The notes under the pieces are model-generated. The model was not told the origin of the DNA. It saw nothing but the letters and a program-made list of their open reading frames with translations, and did not search any database. Positions 1 to 9,111 of a stretch of DNA of 64,000 bases are shown one piece after another. The stretch covers positions 480,001 through 544,000 of the forward strand of contig OZ244937.1 of assembly GCA_965222075.1 (NCBI GenBank), written 5' to 3'. The position numbers and the translations under genes are program-made. Within the stretch, counting starts at the first letter, position 1. Each line of letters opens with the position of its first letter. The stretch comes from Candidatus Latescibacterota bacterium (GTDB lineage: Bacteria; Latescibacterota; UBA2968; GCA-2709665).

Positions 1-1
1 G

Positions 2-2680
2 GATACCCTTTTTCTGGGCAGGCTGTCTCCCTTTGGACAGGCGGACAGCCTGGCGGTGCTCCGGAGGCTGCGGGCGGGGCACCATCGGCTGGAGGTTGTG
101 CTGGATCCGGCAGACCGGATTGAGGAGTTAGATGAAACGAACAACCGCCTGGCGGTGGAGCTGGACGTTTTTGGGGCGCTTGCGGCAGTGCCGACCATGC
201 CGGCCGAGAGCCAGGTGGTTTCCGCCCCGGAGGTGCGGCTGGCGGTGCGCGCCGGGGCGGGTGTGGATGGGGAGGTGCTGGGCGAATTTGAGGTGGGCCG
301 GACGCTGGCGTTTGAGGGGGCAGAGGTGATCCGTTCGGGAGGGGTGGGTGGAGAGGCCGAGCTGGTGTCCTGGCAGGTGCCCGCCCTCAGCCCGGGCACC
401 TATTACTGGCGGGCGCGGCTGTCGGATGGGCAGGCTCAGGGGGGCTGGACGCAGCCCCGGGCGTTTGTGGTCGCACCGTCTGCCCCAAAGCGGGAGGTGC
501 TCTGGCAGCAGGGAGGGGCCGAAGCCTACGGGCTGGGCATATCGAAGGATGTGACGCTGTTTGAAGACGGGTCGGTGGGCCGGGTGCTGACGCCTCCGCC
601 GATGCGTTTCAACCAGGAGGGGCGGGAGGCGGAGTTCGTCGCCGAGGGGGTTAAGGCCACGGCAGTGCTGTGTAGCGACGGGACCTACGTGTATGTGAAG
701 AGGTATTATACCCCCAAAGGGCTCTATTCGGGCCGCGACGTGTTCGAGCGGATCGGGACGGGGTTTGGGGGGACGACCGCCGGGCAGAACTACGGGGTGT
801 TGACGGAGGCGCCGATCCGGGGGACCTCGGCGACCTATCACAGCGACGGATTTATCTATGCCGACGATCGGAGCCGGGAAGAACTGGTGCGGATCTCGCC
901 GGTGACGGGAGCGGCCGACCGGGTGCGGGTGCCCGACGGGCTGCTGGACATAGAGACCGGCCTGGTGTTCAGCGGGCACTCCCTGATTACCTCCGACGGC
1001 ACCTATATCTACAATGTGTCCTGGGGGGTGAATGGGATCAGACGCGCCGGGTGGACGGTGCGGGTGTTCGACCCGGCCGACGGGTGGCGGGTGGTCCGGG
1101 AATTTGTGGTGGGCCCGACGTCCACGGGTTTTGGTTACCTGTTTACCGACGGTGTAATCGCGGACGGCCATTACCTCTACCTGGTGGAGTTCGGAACGGG
1201 GCTGACGCACCGGGTGCGGGTGGTGGACGCGCAGGACGGGCGTTTTGTGGAGGAGTTTGAGAGCGATCAGGCGGAGACCGACATCCTGAGCGGGCAGTAC
1301 GACTGGGTGAACAACAAGGTCTGGTTCGGGCAGTTGAACGGGCCGGCCGTCTACCGGTATACCGGGCGCAGGCTGCCGGATTCCGGCAGCCTCACGTCGG
1401 GGCCGGTCGGGCCGGGGGGAGCATGGGGGGGGCTGCAGGTGGGGATTCGGCCGGGCGGTTCGGCCGGTGCCCGGGCAGAGGTGGACCTCCTGGGCGAGGA
1501 CCCCTCCGGCGCGTTCCTGCCCCTGCCGGAATGGACGGGGCTTACGCCCGGCGGCGAGATCGATTTGAGCGGCCTGGATGCCCGCCGTATTCGGATTCGG
1601 GTGCGGCTGTTCGGAGAGGGGTTCAGTCCCTCCCCGGTGCTGACGGAGTGGGCCGTTCGGTACCAGCCCGTTTCCGACTTAGCGCTTTCGGGGCTTCGGG
1701 CGGAGCCGAGGGCGGTGGAGGAGGTGCAGCCGGTGACGCTGACGGTGGATGTGCTGAATCGGGGGCCCCTGGACCTGGTGCTGGGCACGGCGATTGCCTT
1801 TTACAGCGGTCCCCCCGAAAACGGACGGTTGATCGGCCGGACAGCGGTGCCCGAACAGACGCGGTTTGGCCGGAAGACGGAGGTGTCGATGGTCTGGAAT
1901 ACGGCGCGGTTCCCGGGGGAGCATACCGTCTGGGCCCGGGTGGAAGACCTGCTGGGGCGCCCGAGCGTTTACGAGCAGCAGGCCGCTGCGGAGGACCCGG
2001 TTGAGGTGACCTCCAGCGGAGACCGGGACGCGCCGGAGGTGGTGCTTGAGGCGCTGGATGCGGCCGGGGAGGTCCGTCCGGAGGATTTCCTGCCGCCCGA
2101 GCCGAGGTTCCGGGTCGTTTTCAGGGATTCAAGCGGGATCGATCCCGAATCGGTGCGGATGCTGCTGATCGGTACGGCAGGGGAGATTTCAGAGGGGATC
2201 GTTTCGCCCGCTGTGCAGGACCGGACGGAGGATGCAATGTCGCTGGGGTTTGTCTATGCCCCCACGCTGGCGGACGACCGGTACGTGTTGGAGGTCTCTG
2301 CCCGCGACTGGTTGGAGAACGGACCGGCGCGCAAGTCGCTGGCGTTCCGCGTCTCGTCGGAACTCCGGATCGAGAAGGTGCTCAACGTGCCCAATCCGAT
2401 GGCGGACGGGACAGCATTTACCTACATTTTGTCCCATCCCGCCGAAGTGACGGTGCGGATCTATACGGTTGCGGGGCGCCTGGTGCAGGTTCTGGAGGGC
2501 CTGCCCGGACGGACGGGTTTCAACCAGGCCTTCTGGAACGGCCGGGATGGAGACGGCCACCTGCTGGCCAACGGGGTTTACCTGTATACGGTGACGGCCG
2601 AGGACGGCTCGGAGGTGGTGCGGGTGAAGGAGCGGCTGATTGTGTATAGAGCCTGGAGGGGGGGTGTTGTACCGGAATAA
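2..2680 (+). CDS. Large secreted multidomain protein, 5'-truncated by the window (CARDB/Ig-like domains, propeller-like region, C-terminal FlgD-Ig domain)
   Basis: Frame is open from position 2. CARDB-like 'LDPADRIEELDETNN' and C-terminal 'NVPNPM...IYTVAGRLV...WNGRDGDG..LANGVYLY' FlgD-Ig motif. Confidence 0.75.
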   Translation, partial: DTLFLGRLSPFGQADSLAVLRRLRAGHHRLEVVLDPADRIEELDETNNRLAVELDVFGALAAVPTMPAESQVVSAPEVRLAVRAGAGVDGEVLGEFEVGRTLAFEGAEVIRSGGVGGEAELVSWQVPALSPGTYYWRARLSDGQAQGGWTQPRAFVVAPSAPKREVLWQQGGAEAYGLGISKDVTLFEDGSVGRVLTPPPMRFNQEGREAEFVAEGVKATAVLCSDGTYVYVKRYYTPKGLYSGRDVFERIGTGFGGTTAGQNYGVLTEAPIRGTSATYHSDGFIYADDRSREELVRISPVTGAADRVRVPDGLLDIETGLVFSGHSLITSDGTYIYNVSWGVNGIRRAGWTVRVFDPADGWRVVREFVVGPTSTGFGYLFTDGVIADGHYLYLVEFGTGLTHRVRVVDAQDGRFVEEFESDQAETDILSGQYDWVNNKVWFGQLNGPAVYRYTGRRLPDSGSLTSGPVGPGGAWGGLQVGIRPGGSAGARAEVDLLGEDPSGAFLPLPEWTGLTPGGEIDLSGLDARRIRIRVRLFGEGFSPSPVLTEWAVRYQPVSDLALSGLRAEPRAVEEVQPVTLTVDVLNRGPLDLVLGTAIAFYSGPPENGRLIGRTAVPEQTRFGRKTEVSMVWNTARFPGEHTVWARVEDLLGRPSVYEQQAAAEDPVEVTSSGDRDAPEVVLEALDAAGEVRPEDFLPPEPRFRVVFRDSSGIDPESVRMLLIGTAGEISEGIVSPAVQDRTEDAMSLGFVYAPTLADDRYVLEVSARDWLENGPARKSLAFRVSSELRIEKVLNVPNPMADGTAFTYILSHPAEVTVRIYTVAGRLVQVLEGLPGRTGFNQAFWNGRDGDGHLLANGVYLYTVTAEDGSEVVRVKERLIVYRAWRGGVVPE

Positions 2681-2802
2681 GTGACAATTTTGTTGTCACT
2701 TCTGACATTTTTTTGTCGGTTGTTGTAAAGGACTACGGTTTAATGGGTTTAATGTATGTCTTCGGGTTGAACACAACGACAGGTGACATTTTTTTTGTCG
2801 GT
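2681..2802. promoter_or_regulatory. Three related palindromic sites, candidate enhancers (UAS) for a sigma54 activator
   Basis: GTGACAA-N5-TTGTCAC at 2681-2699, and TGACA-T-tract-GTCGG near 2703 and 2784, 110-230 bp upstream of a sigma54 promoter. Confidence 0.5.
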
Positions 2803-2859
2803 TAGACGGGAAGCGCCGCGTGCGGAAACCAGGAGGTTAAAGATTCGTTCGTTAATCAT

Positions 2860-2872
2860 TATCAATGGGTTA
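2860..2872 (+). promoter_or_regulatory. IHF-type site
   Basis: TATCAATGGGTTA matches WATCAANNNNTTR and lies between the candidate UAS and the sigma54 promoter. Confidence 0.55.
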
Positions 2873-2912
2873 CGCGTTTTCCGTTCCGTCTTTCTTTTTT
2901 TGTTTTGTCTTC

Positions 2913-2928
2913 TGGCACGCCGATTGCA
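2913..2928 (+). promoter_or_regulatory. sigma54 (-24/-12) promoter
   Basis: TGGCAC-GCCGA-TTGCA, an exact TGGCAC-N5-TTGCW match. Confidence 0.75.
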
Positions 2929-3042
2929 TTATCCTGTTTTCCCGCGTATTTGAGGCGGGAAATCGGGAAGGGTCGGCTCTCCCGGCTGGCCGGCCCTTCC
3001 CTCAACTCTCAACTTCAACACCTTTTGCAAAGGCGTTAGACT

Positions 3043-6000
3043 ATGGCCATGTGGCGTTGTCTTTTGAGCGCAGCAGCGTTTGTCATGATCGCTGGTGGGG
3101 GGATCTCTGCGCAGGAGTATTTCGGCAAGAATAAGGTGACCTACGACGACTATGACTGGCACTATATCGAGACGGAGCATTTTACGATCTACTTCGATAG
3201 GGAGTCGCTGCCGGTGGCGGAGTTTGCGGCCAAGGAGGCGGAGCGTGCGCTGGCGCAGATCGAGAAGGATCTGAAGTATACGCTTAAGGGGCGCTATCCG
3301 TTTGTGGTTTACAATTCGCACAATGGTTTTTCGGTGACGAATATTTCTCCTGAGGAGATTCCCGATGGTGTTGGTGGTTTTACGGAGTTTGCGCAGGGTC
3401 GGATTGTGATACCCTATACGGGTTCGTATGCGGATTTTCGGCATGTGATCCACCACGAGTTGGCGCACGAGGTCACGGTGGAGATGTGGACGGGAGGGGG
3501 TCTTTTGGGTGGTGTGGTGGCACAGACGGCGTCGATTCCGCCCCTGTGGGTGGTGGAGGGTGTGGCGGAGTATCTTTCGCGTGGTGGGTGGGACATAGGT
3601 GCGGACAATTTTATGCGTGATGCGACGATAACGGGATATGCGCCACCGATTGAGTTGTTGGGTGGTCTGTTCGCGTATAAGGGTGGTCAGTCTGTGATGT
3701 ATATGATCGAGCAGACGTATGGTAAGGAGAAGGTGGCGGAGTTTATTTCCAATTTTCGTTCAGCGCGTTCTGTGGACAAGGCCCTCAAGTCGTCGGTTGG
3801 CATAGGTCTGGAGGAGTTGGACGAGAAGTGGCAGTTGTGGTTGAAGCGTCAGTTTTGGAATGACATCAATCTGTATCAGCACCCCGAGGAGGTGGGCAAG
3901 AACCTGACCAAGCCGGCAGAGCAGCGGACGTATTTTGGTTATAATCTGGCTCCGAGTTTTTCTCCTCAGCGGGACAAGATCGCCTACCAGACGCTCAGCA
4001 GTCAGGGGACGTTTAACCTGCGCTTGATGTCAGCGATTGACGGCAAGGACTTAGGCAGGCTTGTGGAGGGAGAGCGGTCCTCGGATTTCGAGTCGATGTT
4101 TTTGCTTCGTCCGGGTGTTACGTGGTCTCCCGATGGGAAGCAGATTGCCTTTGCTGCGAAGTCGAACAACAAGAATACGCTTTACATTCTGGAGGTTCGC
4201 AGGAAGAAGGTGAGGAAGCGTTTCAAGTTCGACCTTGACGGTTTGTTCGAGCCGGCGTGGTCTCCGGATGGGAAGCGTATTGCTGTTGTGGGTTTGAAGC
4301 ATGGGTGGTCGGATATTTACATTGTGAACCTGGATGACGAGTCGTTGGAGCGTATCACGAACGATCCGTATGATGAGAAGCAGCTGGACTGGTCTCCGGA
4401 TGGGGCGTGGATAGCGATGAGTTCGGATCGTCCCGATACGGCATTGGCGTTTGACGGTCAGAAGGATTTTCCGTTTGGTCAGTATGATATATTTGTGGTT
4501 CGTCCGGATGGTTCTGAGATTCGTCGTGTGGTTGCCCACGAGGCGGGTGAGGTGCATCCCTCGTGGGGTGGTGACAGCGAGACGCTGGCTTTTGTGTCGG
4601 ACCGTACGGGTGTGGGTAATATCTACATTGCGCATTTGGACAGTGGTGTGGTGTATCCGGTGACGAATCTTCTTGCGGGTGGTCAGGGTGTGGACTGGCA
4701 TTATATGGACTGGTCAGCGGATGGTAAGAAGATGGCGTTTACGTCTTTGCACAAGGCTGGTTACGATATTTTTGTGATGAGTGATCCGCTTTCGAAGCGG
4801 AAGCGGGCTGAGGATTTGCCACTGACGCGTTTTGCCAAGCGGGAGCAGGGTATAGAGGATAAGACGTTTGTAGAGCGTCAGCAGGAGCGTCAGGAGCAGG
4901 CGCAGGCGGCGCAGGGGGAAGGTGAGGGAGAGTCGATTGAGTTGGCTGTGGCGCCTGAGGACACCGGCGTGGTGGATCGGAAGGTCGAGAAGTGGGTGTC
5001 CGATCAGATGTCGCTGGCCACAGAAGAGGCAAAGTCGACGTCGGGCGAAGCTGTGGAGGCGCCCTCCGACAGCAGCGCCGTGGAGGTACCCCCCGACAGC
5101 AGCGCTGGGGATGGAGAGGGTCTGGGCGCGGCGCTCAGGGAGTGGAACAAGGAGTTCAAGATCAACAAGTATAAGATCAAGCTGAAGCCTGAGTTTTTCG
5201 GTGCGAATGCGGGTTTTGATACGTTTTACGGTGTGAGCAGCCTGGTGCAGTTGTCGATGAGCGATGTGCTGGGCGACCACCGTCTGGTGCTGTTGACGAG
5301 TGTGAATTTTTCATTGAAGGACAGCGATTTTTTCCTGACGTATGCGAATTTGAAGCGTCAGACGAACTTCGCGGTTCAGGCGTTTCATACGCGTTTGTTC
5401 TTTTTCAGCGGGGGTGTGTTGAACGCCGACCGGTATTATGGCGGGGCAGTGGGGCTTGAGCGTCCGTTTAACCGGTTCACGCGTTTTGAGCTGGGCACGC
5501 GTTTTATTACCATTTCCCGAGACCGGTTGAACGCGTTCGCCAATCCCTTTGTTCGTGGGGGTTTCACGGGGGGGACCGTGCGTGGGCAGCCAGGTGAACA
5601 CGTGGACACGCGTCGTGCGGTGATTTCCGAGGCTGCGCTGGTGGATGACAATACGATGAACAGCCTGTTTGGTCCTGTGCACGGGCGTCGGTTGCGGCTC
5701 TCGTTTGAGGGGAGCTTTTCAGGGATGAAATACAGGACAGTACAGTTGGATTATCGCAAATATGTGCGTGTGCTGGACGACTATACCTTTGGGTTGCGGC
5801 TTGCGGGGGGCACCAGCTTTGGGCAAAACAGACACGTCTTCTTCGTGGGGGGTGTCAACAACCCGATCAACCCGAGGTTCTCCACCATCGCCTCTGTTGA
5901 CGACAGCCGCATTTTCTTCTCCCGTTTCATCTGGCCCCTGCGTGGGGTTGAGCTGTTTGAGATGGCGGGAGACTCTTTTGCGCTGGCCAATGTGGCGTTC

Positions 6001-6297
6001 CGTTTCCCTCTGCTTCGACAGTTGACCCTGGGCTGGCCGCTGCCCCTGTTTTTCCAGAATGTGCAGGGCGAACTGTTCCTGGATGTGGGCGGAGCGTTTG
6101 ACCGGGACAATTTCGACCCCTGGGAGGCACAAAGCGGGGGGTTTGAACTGCGGGATCTGAAGGCGGGCTACGGGCTGGGTGTTCGGGTCAATATGGGTAT
6201 TTTCCTCTTCCGCTACGACCTGGCCTGGCCTACCGACTTTGCCCAGACCTACCATCCCCGGCAGTACTTCTCAATCGATTTTACCGGGCTGTTTTGA
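3043..6297 (+). CDS. Omp85/BamA-TamA-family barrel protein with N-terminal peptidase MA-like domain and PD40/TolB repeats
   Basis: Signal peptide, HELAH (HEXXH) motif, repeated WSPDGK motifs, C-terminal 'PLRG...GYGLGVRVN...RYDLAWP...F' barrel signature. Confidence 0.85.
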   Translation: MAMWRCLLSAAAFVMIAGGGISAQEYFGKNKVTYDDYDWHYIETEHFTIYFDRESLPVAEFAAKEAERALAQIEKDLKYTLKGRYPFVVYNSHNGFSVTNISPEEIPDGVGGFTEFAQGRIVIPYTGSYADFRHVIHHELAHEVTVEMWTGGGLLGGVVAQTASIPPLWVVEGVAEYLSRGGWDIGADNFMRDATITGYAPPIELLGGLFAYKGGQSVMYMIEQTYGKEKVAEFISNFRSARSVDKALKSSVGIGLEELDEKWQLWLKRQFWNDINLYQHPEEVGKNLTKPAEQRTYFGYNLAPSFSPQRDKIAYQTLSSQGTFNLRLMSAIDGKDLGRLVEGERSSDFESMFLLRPGVTWSPDGKQIAFAAKSNNKNTLYILEVRRKKVRKRFKFDLDGLFEPAWSPDGKRIAVVGLKHGWSDIYIVNLDDESLERITNDPYDEKQLDWSPDGAWIAMSSDRPDTALAFDGQKDFPFGQYDIFVVRPDGSEIRRVVAHEAGEVHPSWGGDSETLAFVSDRTGVGNIYIAHLDSGVVYPVTNLLAGGQGVDWHYMDWSADGKKMAFTSLHKAGYDIFVMSDPLSKRKRAEDLPLTRFAKREQGIEDKTFVERQQERQEQAQAAQGEGEGESIELAVAPEDTGVVDRKVEKWVSDQMSLATEEAKSTSGEAVEAPSDSSAVEVPPDSSAGDGEGLGAALREWNKEFKINKYKIKLKPEFFGANAGFDTFYGVSSLVQLSMSDVLGDHRLVLLTSVNFSLKDSDFFLTYANLKRQTNFAVQAFHTRLFFFSGGVLNADRYYGGAVGLERPFNRFTRFELGTRFITISRDRLNAFANPFVRGGFTGGTVRGQPGEHVDTRRAVISEAALVDDNTMNSLFGPVHGRRLRLSFEGSFSGMKYRTVQLDYRKYVRVLDDYTFGLRLAGGTSFGQNRHVFFVGGVNNPINPRFSTIASVDDSRIFFSRFIWPLRGVELFEMAGDSFALANVAFRFPLLRQLTLGWPLPLFFQNVQGELFLDVGGAFDRDNFDPWEAQSGGFELRDLKAGYGLGVRVNMGIFLFRYDLAWPTDFAQTYHPRQYFSIDFTGLF

Positions 6298-6314
6298 CTT
6301 CAGGGAGCAGGGGG

Positions 6315-6931
6315 GCCTGCCTGCGCCAGAGCGGCTCTCATTACTCCCCCCTTGAGGGGGAGTCGCAGAAGCCGAGCCGGTCCCCTGAGCCTTGTCCTGA
6401 GCCTGTCGAAGGGTAGTCGAAGGGCAGGCGACGGCTGATGCGGTGGGGGGACCAAGCGTGGCTACTGCCCTCAAACCCTGCAAAACCCCCAACCCTCCGC
6501 AATCCCCCCCTCCCTCCCTCCCTTCCCTCCCATGCCTTCGGCGAGGCCTTTTTCTTGCACGCCCAAGAAAAAGGCCGAAAAAGAAGGGCGCCGCTCAGGC
6601 GCCGCGGGGGCTGCTTTTCCGCGAATTGTCCCTGGGGCGGAAACGGAAGCTTCTGCCCTGCGGACCTTTGAGGTGTTCCTGGGGGTGGCGCCGGACGGAA
6701 CCGCGCGGAAAAGCCCCTTCCCTTCACCAAATACCCTTTCTCCCAACGATTCTTCCAGAGCTGTCTCCGCTTCCCTCGAAAAACCCTGGAACACGGGCGT
6801 CTCGCCGGAACGAGGGCATCTTGCCCTCGACAGCAAGCGGGCAAAGGGCAACCACGAGGGTTGCCCCTACGACAATCCAAATTCCGTCCACATCCACCCT
6901 CCCGCAGGGGCGGTTCGCGAACCGCCCCTGC
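6315..6931. repeat. Cluster of several REP-like palindrome families, partly nested
   Basis: ACTCCCCCCTTGAGGGGGAGT (6343), nested TGAGC..GTCGAAGG units (6379-6423), GCTGCTTTTCCGCG..CGCGGAAAAGC element shared with 57511-57636, GGGCAACCACGAGGGTTGCCCCTAC (6846-6870), GCAGGGGCGGTTCGCGAACCGCCCCTGC (6904-6931). Confidence 0.8.
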
Positions 6932-7177
6932 ATCGGTTGGGTGTAAGATCCTGGCGATCTCAGGCGCTTTGTTTTATATTATGCACTGTTGCTGCATATT
7001 CCGGCCCTTCTTTCAAGATGTCCGGTCATCGGGGGGACTGGAATACGTCTCCCGCCGTGAGGCCATCCCGGGGTTTTTTCCGGCGCGTGCTGATGGGGGC
7101 AATGTGATGCAAAACCACTTACGACCCGATTGTGCCGGATTTCCTGCCGCAAGACCGCGGTCTCTGAGGTGAGGGCT

Positions 7178-8191
7178 ATGTCGCCATTCGCCCGGTTCTC
7201 TATTGCGTTTTTGCTGCTGGCGACCCTGGTGGGAGGCGGCACGCTGGGCTATGCCTGGATCGAGGGGTGGCCGCTGTGGGACAGCCTGTACATGACAGTG
7301 ATTACGATTACCACCGTGGGCTACGGCGAGGTGCGTCCCCTGTCCGGAGGGGGGCAGCGGTTTACGGTTCTGCTTCTGATCTTCAGTCTGGGGGCAGTGG
7401 GATATTCAGCGACCACGCTGATCGGGTTTGTTTTCGAGGGCCAGATTGTCCAACTTATGCGGGGGCATCGGATGGAACGTACAATTTCAAAACTGAAAGA
7501 TCACTACATCATCTGCGGGTGCGGCGTGGTGGGCAAAGAGGTGGCGCTGGAGTTCAAGCAGGCCGGGGTGCCGTTTGTGATGGTGGATCGGGACCCCCGG
7601 CATTCGGAGCTGGGGCGGGACGAGTCGGTGCTTTTTGTGGAGGGGAATGCCGACGACGATGAGACGCTGATCGAGGCGGGCATCGAACGGTCAAAGGGGC
7701 TGATTGTGGTGATGCCGGACGATACGATCAACGTTTTCGTGGTGCTCTCGGCGCGGCAGTTGAAGTCGGATTTGACGATTGTGGCCCGTGCCGCAGAGGA
7801 GCAGACGATTGGCAAGCTGTTGAAGGCGGGGGCCGACAGGGTTATGTCGCCCTACCAGCTTGTGGGCCGCCGGATCGCGTCGGTGATCCTGCAGCCGTCG
7901 GTCGTGAATTTCCTGGATGTGGTGGTGGACAGGGGAGATATGGCGATGCGGCTGGAGGAGGTGAGGGTGAACGAAGCGTCGTTTCTGGTTGGCAAGCACC
8001 TGCAGGAGGCGAATATCAGCCAGCAGACCGGGGCGATTGTTGTGGGGATTCACGGGCTGGACGGACGGCTCCGCGTGGATATGTCGACAGAGGAGATGCT
8101 CTCGACGGCGACCCTGCAGGAGGGGGATGTGTTGATCGCTCTGGGCAGTGAAGATCAGCTGAGGCGCCTGAAGGAGATGGCTTCTGCCTGA
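7178..8191 (+). CDS. Potassium channel with TrkA-N/TrkA-C (RCK) domains
   Basis: TTVGYG selectivity filter, two TM segments, GCGVVG Rossmann motif. Start chosen at ATG 7178. Confidence 0.9.
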   Translation: MSPFARFSIAFLLLATLVGGGTLGYAWIEGWPLWDSLYMTVITITTVGYGEVRPLSGGGQRFTVLLLIFSLGAVGYSATTLIGFVFEGQIVQLMRGHRMERTISKLKDHYIICGCGVVGKEVALEFKQAGVPFVMVDRDPRHSELGRDESVLFVEGNADDDETLIEAGIERSKGLIVVMPDDTINVFVVLSARQLKSDLTIVARAAEEQTIGKLLKAGADRVMSPYQLVGRRIASVILQPSVVNFLDVVVDRGDMAMRLEEVRVNEASFLVGKHLQEANISQQTGAIVVGIHGLDGRLRVDMSTEEMLSTATLQEGDVLIALGSEDQLRRLKEMASA

Positions 8192-8220
8192 TTAAACCCG
8201 CTGCCGAATGCGTCGCCTGT

Positions 8221-8252
8221 ACCCCGGAAGTCGTTTTTTCGGGGGGTTTTTT
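8221..8252 (+). terminator. Probable intrinsic terminator
   Basis: CCCCGGAAG..TTTTCGGGG hairpin followed by a T-tract, just after the K+ channel gene. Confidence 0.45.
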
Positions 8253-8494
8253 ATGGTGTTGTAAACTGTTGCAAACTGCAACACGCGCTGAAAATTGCAA
8301 CTTTTTTCGTTCCCGCCTTACAGCTTTCCCTATAACTACATTTATAAACAGGCAGTTATAAAATTCCTTCCGCATGGATTTGTTCTCCGGAGGGGTTTTT
8401 GTGTTGCATTTTGCGACAATTTCCCAAAATCCCGCTGCTCCCATATTCTGCCTAACTCGTTCAATGGAAATGAGTTAGGCAGATTTTTTATATT

Positions 8495-8510
8495 TGGCAC
8501 ACATTTTGCA
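8495..8510 (+). promoter_or_regulatory. sigma54 promoter upstream of LRR gene 1
   Basis: TGGCAC-ACATT-TTGCA. Upstream palindromes TGTTGCA-AAC-TGCAACA (8267) and TGTTGCATTTTGCGACA (8402). Confidence 0.7.
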
Positions 8511-8665
8511 TGTACATGTCGAAAAGATCGTGCCATCCATATCCATAGCAAAGCGACAAAATATGATCCGACTCAAAATAGGTCCAGTGCTCCCCGGTGT
8601 CATTCAGACTACCGATTTATGCAAATATAGACCATATAAGTGTAATAAAAACAGAAACTTACTTA

Positions 8666-8688
8666 CCCCCCCCCCCCCCCCCCCCCCC
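8666..8688. repeat. C23 homopolymer
   Basis: Directly visible run of 23 C. Confidence 0.9.
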
Positions 8689-8714
8689 AATTTTGAGGGA
8701 GAGTGTTAGGGAAC

Positions 8715-9054
8715 TAACAAAAGAGTTAACAGTCTGTCCGGTGAAGCTGTCAGCATCTCCGGACTCGCTGTGCATGATCGGAAAATGCCCACTCGCATTG
8801 CGGGTGGGTTTTATTTTGTCCATCGGAAATCCCTTTGGAAGTGGTGATGCGTAGAAGCCCATTTCTCTAAGTTTTGTCGTCGTATTCTGGTATGCGTTCG
8901 CACCTGCCTGTGCCGGGCACGGCAGACAGGTCGCTTTTTCAGCCTGAGGTTGCCAGTATTCAATTTTGTGAGCCCGTTTGGTCAACCGTCGGATAGACTC
9001 GTGGGTGGATAAGGCTGGGTCAAGCTGCGCCTCGACGACCCGCTTGACCTGGTG
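8715..9054 (-). mobile_element. Transposase C-terminal remnant (IS701-like)
   Basis: 'QVKRVVEAQLDP...KIEYWQ.QAEKA..(H)..LREMG' resembles IS701-family C-termini (recalled similarity, not searched). Carries a palindromic micro-insert. Confidence 0.45.
8903..8930. repeat. CCTG..CAGG micro-insert, 28 bp, at A^T
   Basis: CCTGCCTGTGCCGGGCACGGCAGACAGG. Confidence 0.8.
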
Positions 9055-9081
9055 CCTGTCTGCGTGCAACGTGCATGCAGG
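9055..9081. repeat. Degenerate CCTG..CAGG micro-insert, 27 bp, at the junction of the IS remnant and the LRR gene leader
   Basis: CCTGTCTGCGTGCAACGTGCATGCAGG, similar to the reverse complement of 16795-16821. Confidence 0.65.
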
Positions 9082-9111
9082 CCCCTCCACATAATAGAAA
9101 GGAAGGAAACC

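Noticed and set aside
6990-7100. c-di-AMP riboswitch upstream of the K+ channel
   Set aside because: Conserved ydaO motifs are not recognisable.
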